64,000 nt of DNA from Candidatus Hydrogenedentota bacterium. GTDB lineage: Bacteria; Hydrogenedentota; Hydrogenedentia; Hydrogenedentales; JAEUWI01. Location: assembly GCA_019637335.1 (NCBI GenBank), contig JAHBVV010000018.1:64107-128106 (forward strand). The letters run 5' to 3'. A program made the translations under genes and the position numbers. This document shows positions 29,101 to 38,099 of the stretch, piece after piece. Under the pieces are notes generated by a model that saw nothing but the letters and a program-made list of their open reading frames with translations, did not search any database and was not told where the DNA came from. Numbering within the stretch: the first letter of the stretch is position 1; each line of letters opens with the position of its first letter.

Positions 29101-29772
29101 CCGTACTGGACCGGCGTGACGAATGGCGGGCGCACCTACGCCGCGTTCTGCCAGAACGTGGAGGAACGGATTCCCTGGCGGACGCTGACCGGGCGGCAGC
29201 ACCTGTACCTCGACCACGAGGCCTACCGGGCCTATGGCGAGCACCTGCCCACCTTCAAGCCGCGCGCCGACCTGCGCACCACGCGCGACCTGGACTACAC
29301 CGGCGTCGAGCCGGGATCCATGGTGCTGAACTACCTGACGCCCCACGGCAAGTGGCATATCCACTCGACGTTTGGCGACACCCTGCGGATGGAGACGCTC
29401 TCGCGCGGTATCGAGCCCTTCTGGATGAACGACAACGACGCGGGCCTGATCGGCGTGCACGACAACGACTGGGTCGAGGTTATCAACGACCACGGGACGG
29501 TGGTCACGCGCGCCTGCGTGAGCGCGCGCATCCCGCGCGGCATCTGCTTCATTTACCACGCCACCGAGCGGACGGTGGGCGTGCCGAAATCGCAGCACCG
29601 GAAGCGCCAGCGCGGCGGCGCGCACAACAGCCTTACGCGCGCCCGGCTCAAACCGCTCTTCATGATCGGCGGCTACGCCCAGTTCAGCTACGCCTTCAAT
29701 TACTGGGGCCCCCAGGGCGTTAACCGGGACACCTTCGTGATCGTGCGAAAAATCGACAAGCCGGCCTGGTAA
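26155..29772 (+). CDS. narG: Respiratory nitrate reductase alpha subunit (NarG-type, cytoplasmic orientation; no Tat motif)
   Basis: N-terminus [33 protein letters not shown] matches the NarG FS0 cluster-binding signature (H-x3-C-x3-C). 1205 aa. Confidence 0.9.
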   Translation: [1205 protein letters not shown]

Positions 29773-29797
29773 GCCCGCGCTGGAAAGGATTTACGAG

Positions 29798-31294
29798 ATG
29801 GATGTACGCGCACAGGTCTCCATGGTGTTCCATCTGGACAAGTGCATCGGCTGCCACACGTGCAGCCTGGCCTGCAAGAACCTGTGGACCGAGCGCCCCG
29901 GCGCGGAGTACATGTGGTGGAACAACGTGGAAACCAAGCCCGGCACGGGCTATCCCACGCTGTGGGAGGACCAGCTGAACTACAAGGGCGGCTGGGAGGT
30001 GAATGAGAAGCGCGAGCTCGTGCTCAAGAGCCAAAGCCGGGGCGGCGCGTTCCACAAGCTCTTCTACAACCCGAACCAGCCCGGGCTCGACGACTATTAC
30101 GAACCGTGGACCTACCGCTACAGCGATTTGTTTGATGCGCCGGAGGGCCACGACCAGCCAACGGCGCGGCCCATCTCCCAGATCACCGGCGAGCCGATGG
30201 ACATCGAGGCCGGCCCGAACTGGGACGACGACCTGGGCGGCTCCCCGATCTACGCGGAGAACGATCCCAACCTCGCCGGGCTTACGGAAGACGAGCGCCA
30301 GGCCCTGTTCGATGTCGAGAGCATCGCCATGATGTATCTCCCGCGCATCTGCAACCACTGCGCGAATCCGAGTTGCGTGGCCTCCTGCCCCTCCGGCGCG
30401 CTCTACAAGCGCGGCGAAGACGGGATTGTCCTCGTCAACCAGGACAAATGCCGCGGCTGGCGCGCGTGCGTCGCGGCCTGCCCGTACAAGAAGGTGTACT
30501 ACAACTGGCAGACCGGGAAGTCGGAGAAATGCATACTCTGCTACCCGCGCATCGAGACCGGCCAGCCCCCCGCCTGCTTCCACTCCTGCGTCGGGCGGAT
30601 CCGGTACATGGGCGTGCTGCTGTACGACGCGTCCCGGATGGAAGACGCGATGAAGGCGCCGGAGAAGTCCCTGGTGGAGGCCCAGCGCGCGCTGCTGCTC
30701 GACCCGAACGACCCCGAGGTTATCGCGGGCGCGCAGCGCAACGGCATCAGCGAGCAATTCGTGCGGGCGGCGCAGGAATCCCCGGTGTGGAAGTACGTGA
30801 TGGAATGGAAGCTCGCGCTTCCGCTGCACCCCGAGTTCCGGACCATGCCTATGCTGTATTACGTGCCGCCGCTCCTGCCGGTTTCGGGGCGAAGCGGCGA
30901 CGGCATCTACGAGCAGGATTCCGACGAATTCTTCACGCACCTCGAAAAGTCGCGGCTCCCCGTGAAGTACCTCTCCCGGCTCTTCAGCGCGGGCAACGAG
31001 GGTATTATCCGCGCGGTGATGAAGCGGCAGATGGCCGTGCGCTATTTCAAGCGCGCGCAGGACGTCAGCGATGTGGACTCGGCGCGGGTGGACGCGGTGC
31101 TCCGGGAGGCGCACCTTACGGCGGAACAGGCCGAGGCCATCTACCAGATGACCGCGCTGGCGCCGATGAGCAGCCGCTACGTGATGCCGCCCATCCAGCG
31201 GGAGGAAGCCATCGAGGCCACCGGCTGTTCGCCGCAGCAATGCCGGGGACAGTGCGGGCTCGGCGTGGCGGCCGAACCGAAGCGGGGCGCCTGA
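29798..31294 (+). CDS. narH: Respiratory nitrate reductase beta subunit
   Basis: MVFHLDKCIGCHTCSLACKNLWT, almost identical to the E. coli NarH N-terminus. Four Cys clusters. Confidence 0.9.
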   Translation: MDVRAQVSMVFHLDKCIGCHTCSLACKNLWTERPGAEYMWWNNVETKPGTGYPTLWEDQLNYKGGWEVNEKRELVLKSQSRGGAFHKLFYNPNQPGLDDYYEPWTYRYSDLFDAPEGHDQPTARPISQITGEPMDIEAGPNWDDDLGGSPIYAENDPNLAGLTEDERQALFDVESIAMMYLPRICNHCANPSCVASCPSGALYKRGEDGIVLVNQDKCRGWRACVAACPYKKVYYNWQTGKSEKCILCYPRIETGQPPACFHSCVGRIRYMGVLLYDASRMEDAMKAPEKSLVEAQRALLLDPNDPEVIAGAQRNGISEQFVRAAQESPVWKYVMEWKLALPLHPEFRTMPMLYYVPPLLPVSGRSGDGIYEQDSDEFFTHLEKSRLPVKYLSRLFSAGNEGIIRAVMKRQMAVRYFKRAQDVSDVDSARVDAVLREAHLTAEQAEAIYQMTALAPMSSRYVMPPIQREEAIEATGCSPQQCRGQCGLGVAAEPKRGA

Positions 31295-31295
31295 C

Positions 31296-31841
31296 ATGGT
31301 CGCGGCGCCCCGGACTATCGACATGTACACCGCACTGGCGGATTTCCTTGCCTACCCGGAAGCGGATGATCGCGCCGATCTGACCGCGTGGTCCGACTAC
31401 GTGCGCGACGAGTTTCCTGCCGCCTCGACGCACCTCGATCGCTTTCTGCGCGAGACCGAGCACCTGAGCGCCGAGGAGCTTCAGGAAATCTACACGCGCG
31501 CCTTTGACGTGGCCCCGCAGTGCGTCCCCTATCTCAGCGTGTATCTCTTCGGCGCGGAGAGTTTCAAGCGCGCGGAACTGATGGCCGGCCTGAAGGAGGT
31601 GTACGAGCGTGCGGACCTCGACTGCGGCCAGGAGCTGCCGGATCACCTGGCGGTGGTGCTGCGCTGCGCCGCCGCGTTCAGCCACGAAGAATGGAATGAA
31701 TTGATGGGCTGGTGCGCGCCCGGGCCGATCAAGGCGATGATCGCCGGCCTGAAGCAGGCCTCCAGCCCCTATCTTCACGTGCTGCTTGCCATCCGTCACG
31801 TGTTGCAGACCCAGTATCCCCGGGAGTTCGCGTCATGCTAG
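31296..31841 (+). CDS. narJ: Nitrate reductase molybdenum cofactor assembly chaperone
   Basis: Position between narH and narI; NarJ-like acidic helical protein (181 aa). Start overlaps the narH stop region. Confidence 0.75.
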   Translation: MVAAPRTIDMYTALADFLAYPEADDRADLTAWSDYVRDEFPAASTHLDRFLRETEHLSAEELQEIYTRAFDVAPQCVPYLSVYLFGAESFKRAELMAGLKEVYERADLDCGQELPDHLAVVLRCAAAFSHEEWNELMGWCAPGPIKAMIAGLKQASSPYLHVLLAIRHVLQTQYPREFASC

Positions 31842-33154
31842 ACCAGTTTCTCTTCGTCGGCCTGCCCTACATCGCGCTGTTCGTGCTGGTGGCCGGATCA
31901 ATCTGGCGGATCCGCCGGCATCCCTTCAGCGTCTCTTCGCTCAGCTCCCAGTTTCTCGAAGGGCGACAGTTGAAGTATGGATCGCTCCCCTTCCACCTGG
32001 GCATTCTGATTATTCTCGTCGGGCACGTCATCCCCATCCTGCTTCCGGGAATCTGGCAGGCCCTCATGGGCGTGCCCGTGCTCCTGATCAGCGTCGAAGT
32101 CATCGGCATGATCGCCGCGTTCCTGGCGTTGTTCGGGCTCGGCGTGCTCCTCTACCGGCGTCTCACCTCCGCGAAGATACAGGCGGTCACTACGCCGGCG
32201 GACCTGGCCGTGCTCGGGCTGCTCATTGCGCAGGTGCTCGTGGGCATCGGCGTAGCCGGCGGCCACCGCTGGGGCGCGGCGTGGTCCACGGGCACGACGA
32301 CGCCATACCTCTGGAGCCTGGTCGCGTTTCAGCCGCGCACGGATCTCGTGGCCAGCCTGCCGCCGACGGTCAAGCTGCACCTCGCGCTGGCGTGGGTCAT
32401 TCTGCTGCTCATTCCCTTCACGCGGCTGGTTCACCTCTTCACCTTCCCGCTCTCCTACCTCTGGCGCCCGCCCATCAAGGTCGTCTGGACGAATCCCCGC
32501 CGCTTTGCGTATGTGCCCGAGCCGGTGCGGCAGGCGGCGGACAGCCGCCGCTACTTCGTGCGCGGGGCCGCCGGTGTCGGCGCGGCGGGCGTGCTGCTCT
32601 CGGCGGGGGTGCTGGACAAGCTCGGGCGTTTCTTCCAGGGCGCGCGGATGTCGAGCGAGGCGGAGGCGGAACTGCTCGCGAAGAAGCTGGAGCGCCTCGA
32701 ACTGGCGGCGAAGGAGCGCGAACTGGAGCTCGAGCGGATCAATAGCGCGTACATTCACGTGGCGCGCCTCGGCGAGCTCAGCGAAAAGGACGGTCGGTAC
32801 TTCACCGACTACGAGATGCGGCCGGCCCTCGCCTTCCGCGATGAAAACGGCCTGCCGCTGCTCATATCGGCGAAATGCACGCACCTGGGCTGCACCGTGG
32901 CCAGCACGCTCGACGCGGACAGGCGGCTCCTCTGCCCCTGCCACGTGTCCTACTTCGACGTGCGCACCGGCCAGCCGAATCCCGGCGCGCCCGCCAAGGC
33001 CCCCCTGCCGCGCATCGGCTGGGTGCTGATGGACGCCGCCGGCGATATCGTGGCGAGCCAGGGCCCGGACGGGCCGGTTCAGGGCGCGCCCGACCCCGAA
33101 AAACTGGACAGCTACGGCGTATTCATCGCCCGGCGCATGGAGGAACTGGCCTGA
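31835..33154 (+). CDS. narI: Nitrate reductase gamma subunit (NarI) fused to a C-terminal Rieske [2Fe-2S] domain
   Basis: The N-terminal 230 aa match the NarI 5-TM diheme-b fold (FHLGILIILVGH, HRWGAAWSTG...). Then SRRYFVRGAAGVGAAGVLLSAGV, a Tat-like motif plus TM. Then CTHLGCTV...CPCHVSYFD, Rieske boxes I and II. ATG overlaps narJ by 7 nt. Confidence 0.7.
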   Translation: MLDQFLFVGLPYIALFVLVAGSIWRIRRHPFSVSSLSSQFLEGRQLKYGSLPFHLGILIILVGHVIPILLPGIWQALMGVPVLLISVEVIGMIAAFLALFGLGVLLYRRLTSAKIQAVTTPADLAVLGLLIAQVLVGIGVAGGHRWGAAWSTGTTTPYLWSLVAFQPRTDLVASLPPTVKLHLALAWVILLLIPFTRLVHLFTFPLSYLWRPPIKVVWTNPRRFAYVPEPVRQAADSRRYFVRGAAGVGAAGVLLSAGVLDKLGRFFQGARMSSEAEAELLAKKLERLELAAKERELELERINSAYIHVARLGELSEKDGRYFTDYEMRPALAFRDENGLPLLISAKCTHLGCTVASTLDADRRLLCPCHVSYFDVRTGQPNPGAPAKAPLPRIGWVLMDAAGDIVASQGPDGPVQGAPDPEKLDSYGVFIARRMEELA

Positions 33155-34260
33155 TGAGCGGTAACGAACGGGTACAGGCCCTCGGAACCTGGCTATACGA
33201 ACGCGTGCCCCTGCACAAGCTGAATTTCGAGGACATGCTGAAGAAGAAGGAGGTGCCGGTTCACCGGATGAGCTGGGCCTACTACCTGGGCGGCCTGGCG
33301 CTCCTTTTCTTCGGGATCCAGGTTGTCACGGGGCTGATGCTGCTCTTCTACTACCAGCCGACCGTCGCGGACGCCCATGCGTCGGTGGAGTTCATCACGA
33401 AGCACGTCAGCGGCGGCGCGCTCATCCGCAACCTGCACACGTGGTCGTCCTCGGGGATGATCCTGTGCGTGCTGGCGCACCTGCTCACGACCTTCGCCAT
33501 GAAGGCCTTCGAGAAGCCGCGCGAAGCGCTGTGGGTTTCCGGCGTGCTCCTGCTGATCGTGACCTTCGGGTTCGGGTTCACCGGCTATCTGCTGCCGTGG
33601 CACCAGATCGCGGTCAACGCCACGAAGGTCGGCATGCAGTCGATCGAAGAAGTGGGAGCGTACCTGCCCGGGGCGCTCTCGGAACTGCCCGCCCGGGCGA
33701 AAGAGTTGATCCAGGGCGAAAAGGCCGTGGGCCAGGCAACGCTCAGCCGCTTCTACGCGCTCCACGTGGTCGTGCTGCCGCTGGTGGCCTTCATGATCCT
33801 GGGGCTGCACCTGCTGCTGGTTCAATTGCACGGCATGAGCCAGGGGGTCGACCGGCCCACCGGGAAGACCGAGCGCTTCTTCCCGTTGTTTGTGCTCAAG
33901 GACTTCTCGCTCTGGGGCATGGTGTTTCTGGTCGTCTTCGTGTTCGCGCTGTGCCTGCCCTTCGAGGCCTTCTTCTCCTATCCCCTCTTCGAGCCCTTCG
34001 ATCCGATGGGGTCGACCCCCGACGGCATTAAGCCGGAGTGGTACTTCTTCTTCGTGTACTACCCGCTGGAGCTGCTGCCCTTCTGGCTGGTGATGATCGT
34101 GACCAACGGCGTGCTCGCGATGCTGCTGCTGGCCCCATGGATCTTCCGGGGCACACAACGCAAGACCCTCGGCTGGATCGCCGCGGCGGCGGGCGCCTAC
34201 CTCGTGATTATCACCATCTTCGGACAGTCCATATACGAGTTTCTGAAAGGAGCCCACTGA
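33154..34260 (+). CDS. Cytochrome b (bc1/b6-type)
   Basis: MSWAYYLGG...FGIQVVTGLMLLFYYQP...RNLHTWSSSGMILCVLAHL...GYLLPWHQI is the diagnostic cytochrome b N-terminal domain. ATGA overlap with the narI-Rieske stop; ggagga RBS. Confidence 0.8.
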   Translation: MSGNERVQALGTWLYERVPLHKLNFEDMLKKKEVPVHRMSWAYYLGGLALLFFGIQVVTGLMLLFYYQPTVADAHASVEFITKHVSGGALIRNLHTWSSSGMILCVLAHLLTTFAMKAFEKPREALWVSGVLLLIVTFGFGFTGYLLPWHQIAVNATKVGMQSIEEVGAYLPGALSELPARAKELIQGEKAVGQATLSRFYALHVVVLPLVAFMILGLHLLLVQLHGMSQGVDRPTGKTERFFPLFVLKDFSLWGMVFLVVFVFALCLPFEAFFSYPLFEPFDPMGSTPDGIKPEWYFFFVYYPLELLPFWLVMIVTNGVLAMLLLAPWIFRGTQRKTLGWIAAAAGAYLVIITIFGQSIYEFLKGAH

Positions 34261-34874
34261 TGCGTCAGGCAACGCCACAATGGGCGCGCGGAATCGCCGC
34301 CCTGGCCCTGGTGTGGGCCGGCCCCGCGCTCGCCTACCCCGAGTTCGAGGCCTACGTCGAAAAAGTCTCCGGCATGCCCGTGAACTGCAGCCTGTGCCAC
34401 ACCCACCCGGATGGCCCCGAGGGCCTGAAACCGGGACAGATCGGCAGCCTGAAGCCGGCGGATCTGGAACGGCACAACCGCGCGCGCGCGGCGTTTGAGC
34501 CGGGCCAGGCGGTGGACAGCCCGATTCTCAACGAATTCGGCAACTTCCTGATCGAGCAACTGGGGAAGACCCGCTTCCTCCAGATGCGGCTGGAGCCGGA
34601 AACGCTGGCCGACGCGATACCCGCGGACAGCGATCTAGATGGCGACGGGGTGACCGACCGCGCCGAGTACCTCGCCGGAACGCACCCGCTCGACCCGCAC
34701 CACGGGCCGCCGTGGCAACTCTTCTGGATCAACTTGAAGCGCAAGTTTTTCCACGTCGTCATGATCGCCGTCGCCACGGCCCTCGGCCTCTACGGGCTCA
34801 ACAACCTGCTGCGCGGGTTCGAGCTGCTCGGCGGCGCGCCAGGAGACGGGGACGATCCACAACAGCCTACCTGA
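34260..34874 (+). CDS. Membrane-anchored monoheme cytochrome c
   Basis: Signal peptide MRQATPQWARGIAALALVWAGPALA; single CSLCH; DSDLDGDGVTDRAEY calcium-binding-like loop; C-terminal TM helix. ATGA overlap with the cytochrome b stop. Confidence 0.6.
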   Translation: MRQATPQWARGIAALALVWAGPALAYPEFEAYVEKVSGMPVNCSLCHTHPDGPEGLKPGQIGSLKPADLERHNRARAAFEPGQAVDSPILNEFGNFLIEQLGKTRFLQMRLEPETLADAIPADSDLDGDGVTDRAEYLAGTHPLDPHHGPPWQLFWINLKRKFFHVVMIAVATALGLYGLNNLLRGFELLGGAPGDGDDPQQPT

Positions 34875-34907
34875 GCCCGCCGGGCCAGCGCCGATGAAAG
34901 CGCCGCA

Positions 34908-36446
34908 ATGAACGAGTCCCCCAAAGCCTATGTCGTGCTGGCGATGAACACGATCGCCTTTACCGTCTGCTTTGCGTGCTGGATGATGAACGGGGTTCTG
35001 GTCACCTTTCTGGTGGAGAACCAGGTGTTTGCGTGGAGCGAATCGCAGGTCGGGTGGCTGATCGGCATTCCGGTCCTCAGCGGATCGATCCTGCGGCTGC
35101 CGGTCGGGATCCTGACGGACAAGTATGGCGGCAAGCCGGTCTATACCGTAGTGATGCTGATCTCCGCGGTTCCGATGTATTTTCTGAGCTACGCGGATTC
35201 CTACCTGTCGTTCCTGTTGCTCAGCCTCGGCTTCGGGATCGCGGGAACCTCCTTTGCCGTCGGTATTGCGTATTCGTCGGTCTGGTTCAAGAAGGAGCAC
35301 CAGGGCACGGCGCTGGGGATCTTTGGCGCGGGCAACGCGGGGGCGGCGGTGACCAGCATGGGCGCGCCTTTTCTCCTGCGCTGGCTGACGGGCGGTGGCG
35401 AGAACGTGGAGGCGTGGCGGGCCATGCCGCGGATCTACGCCGGCGTGCTGGTCGCCATGGCGGTGCTGTTCCTGCTCTTTACGGTCCACAAGAAGGTGGA
35501 CGATTCGCATATCACCAGTTTTCGAGCGCGCCTCGCCCCGCTGCGCTACATGCGCGTCTGGCGCTTCGGCCTGTACTACTTTCTCGTCTTCGGCGGCTTC
35601 GTGGCGATGGCGCAATGGCTCATCCCGTACTACGTGAACGCCTACATGATGCCGCTCGCGACGGCGGGTCTGATGGCGGCGATCTTCAGCCTGCCATCCG
35701 GGGTTATCCGCGCGCTCGGCGGGTACATGTCCGACCGGTGGGGCGCCCGGCGTGTGATGTACTGGGTGCTCGCCTCCTGTCTCATCTGCTGCTCGCTGCT
35801 GGTCGCGCCGCGCATGGAGCTGGAATCGCCGGGGAAGGGGATCATGGCGAAGCGCGCCGGCGTGGTGACGTCGGTCTCCGAGGAGGCGATTGTCGTGGGC
35901 GAAACGCGGTACCCGCTCCGCACGGCGGAAGGGAAATCGCTTACGGACGCGCAGAAGCATGACGGGGTGCTCGTGTGGCCCACGTTTGCGATGTGGCAGG
36001 AGCCCGTGGTGGCGCCGGGCGACGACGTTGTGAAGAAGGAGCTCCTCGCGCGCGGGGTCACGCGGGTGTACTTCCAGGCGAACGTATGGATCTTCACGGG
36101 GCTGGTTTTCATTGTCGGGATCATGATGGGGATCGGGAAGGCGGCGGTCTACAAGCACATCCCCGACTACTTCCCGCGCGAGGTGGGGGTGGTGGGCGGC
36201 ATCGTCGGCGTGCTCGGGGGTCTGGGCGGGTTCATCTGCCCGATTATTTTTGGATACCTGCTCGAACGCACGGGGATTTGGACCACCTGCTGGCTCTTTT
36301 TTGCCGTGCTGTCCGGGATTTGTCTGTGGTGGATGCACCGGGTCGTCCAGCGGATGCTGCACGAGGCGGCGCCGGAGCTGATCGGCCACATTGAAGACTT
36401 GGAACACGCACGGGAACAGCAGCGCTACGGGCGCGGCGCAACCTGA
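34908..36446 (+). CDS. narK: MFS nitrate/nitrite transporter (NarK family) with an about 100-aa insert after the TM6-TM7 region
   Basis: The G-x3-D-x2-G-x-R-like motifs and overall 12-TM MFS pattern resemble NarK. A central soluble insert (residues about 300-400) is atypical. Confidence 0.75.
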   Translation: MNESPKAYVVLAMNTIAFTVCFACWMMNGVLVTFLVENQVFAWSESQVGWLIGIPVLSGSILRLPVGILTDKYGGKPVYTVVMLISAVPMYFLSYADSYLSFLLLSLGFGIAGTSFAVGIAYSSVWFKKEHQGTALGIFGAGNAGAAVTSMGAPFLLRWLTGGGENVEAWRAMPRIYAGVLVAMAVLFLLFTVHKKVDDSHITSFRARLAPLRYMRVWRFGLYYFLVFGGFVAMAQWLIPYYVNAYMMPLATAGLMAAIFSLPSGVIRALGGYMSDRWGARRVMYWVLASCLICCSLLVAPRMELESPGKGIMAKRAGVVTSVSEEAIVVGETRYPLRTAEGKSLTDAQKHDGVLVWPTFAMWQEPVVAPGDDVVKKELLARGVTRVYFQANVWIFTGLVFIVGIMMGIGKAAVYKHIPDYFPREVGVVGGIVGVLGGLGGFICPIIFGYLLERTGIWTTCWLFFAVLSGICLWWMHRVVQRMLHEAAPELIGHIEDLEHAREQQRYGRGAT

Positions 36447-36456
36447 GGAACGCACC

Positions 36457-38070
36457 ATGGCGGCCTTGAGACAATGGGAGCCGGAAGACGAGGCCTTCTG
36501 GAAAAATGGCGGCAGCGCGATCGCGCAACGCAACCTCTGGATATCGATCCCGAACCTGCTCCTGGGCTTCGCGGTCTGGATCCAGTGGAGCGTGATCATC
36601 GGGCTCATGCAGGGGGCGCACGACACGAATCCGGACCTGTACAACTTCACCTTTGGCAATGATGGACAGCCGCTTTCCGGCGAGGCCTACAAGGCCCTGC
36701 TCTACACCTTGCCGGCGGTCGCGGGGCTTGCGGGCGCAACGCTGCGCATTCCCAATTCCTTCATGATCGCGATATGCGGCGGTCGCAACGTCAAGGCGCT
36801 GACCACGCTGCTGCTTATCCTGCCGGCGCTCGGCGCGGGCCTGGCGCTGCGAAATCCCGATACCCCGTTTCTCATGTACATCCTCCTCGCCGCGCTCTCC
36901 GGCGTGGGCGGCGGCGCCTTCGCGTCGTCCATGTCCAACATCAGCTTTTTCTTTCCACGGCGCATGCAGGGCCTCTCGCTGGGGCTGAATGCGGGCCTGG
37001 GCAATCTCGGCGTGGCCGTCATGCAGCTTTCCGTGCCCCTGGTGATTACGATCGGTATCTTCGGCGGCCCTTCGCAGGCGCTCGACGGCAATCCCGTCTG
37101 GATTCAGAACACCGGGCTGGTCTGGGTTCCGGTGCTGGCCTTTTTTGCCGTGGTCGCGTGGTTTGGCATGCACAACCTGCCGCAACACGACTGCGGATCG
37201 GCACTGTCCGCCGCCGGGCGCTTCCTGTGGCTCGAACTGCTCGGTTTTGTCGGGGCCGCGGTGGCTATCGTGCTCCTGCTGCTCCCCTGGGGGGGCGTGC
37301 CGGAGCTGCTGAAGATTCTGGTGGTGTTGATCGTCGCCGTGCTGGTGACGCTGGCCTGCATGCGCTACCTAACGCCCGCGCAGACCCAGGCGCGCCTCGT
37401 CAGCCAGTTCGGCATCTTCAAGAACAAGCACAACTGGATCATGACCTACCTCTATGTCATGACCTTCGGATCCTTCATCGGCTACTCGAACGCGTTTCCG
37501 AAGTTGCTCAAGGATGTCTTCGGTTACATCCGCGTGGATGAGGCCGGCCAGCCGCTGGCGGAAGCCATCGTCAATCCGAACGCGCCGAACATCCTGAAGT
37601 ACGCGTTCCTGGGCGCCGCCATGGGCGCGGCGATTCGACCGATTGGCGGCTGGCTGTCCGACAAGTTCGGCGGCGCGCGCGTGACGCACTGGGACACGAT
37701 CGTTATGATCGCGAGCGCCGTGGCCTGCGGGTATGTCGTGAGCCAGGCGAACGTCTCGCCGCAACCCGAGAAGTACTTTGCGGCGTTCCTGGCGATATTC
37801 ATCCTGCTCTTCGCCACCACCGGGATCGGCAACGGATCGACCTTCCGGATGATCGCGGTAATCTTCTCGCGGGAACAGGCCGGCCCCGTGCTGGGGTGGA
37901 CCTCCGCCATCGCGGCGTACGGCGCGTTCCTGATTCCCAATGTGTTCGCGAGCCAGATCAAGGCCGGCACGCCGCAGTACGCCATGTACGGCTTCGCGAT
38001 CTACTACGTGACCTGCCTTGCGCTGAACTGGTGGTACTACGCACGCAAGGGGGCCGAGGTGAAGTGCTGA
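36457..38070 (+). CDS. narK: MFS nitrate/nitrite transporter, NarK2-like
   Basis: 12-TM MFS; conserved NarK motifs GGAFASSMSNISFFFP...G; tandem with the upstream narK. Confidence 0.75.
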   Translation: MAALRQWEPEDEAFWKNGGSAIAQRNLWISIPNLLLGFAVWIQWSVIIGLMQGAHDTNPDLYNFTFGNDGQPLSGEAYKALLYTLPAVAGLAGATLRIPNSFMIAICGGRNVKALTTLLLILPALGAGLALRNPDTPFLMYILLAALSGVGGGAFASSMSNISFFFPRRMQGLSLGLNAGLGNLGVAVMQLSVPLVITIGIFGGPSQALDGNPVWIQNTGLVWVPVLAFFAVVAWFGMHNLPQHDCGSALSAAGRFLWLELLGFVGAAVAIVLLLLPWGGVPELLKILVVLIVAVLVTLACMRYLTPAQTQARLVSQFGIFKNKHNWIMTYLYVMTFGSFIGYSNAFPKLLKDVFGYIRVDEAGQPLAEAIVNPNAPNILKYAFLGAAMGAAIRPIGGWLSDKFGGARVTHWDTIVMIASAVACGYVVSQANVSPQPEKYFAAFLAIFILLFATTGIGNGSTFRMIAVIFSREQAGPVLGWTSAIAAYGAFLIPNVFASQIKAGTPQYAMYGFAIYYVTCLALNWWYYARKGAEVKC

Positions 38071-38099
38071 GGCGGGCGCACCACGACGGTGGCAGGGCC

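Noticed and set aside
31712-31834. Upstream extension of the narI-Rieske ORF overlapping narJ.
   Set aside because: The NarI fold begins at MLDQFLFVGLPYIAL (31835). The extension would overlap narJ by 130 nt in another frame.
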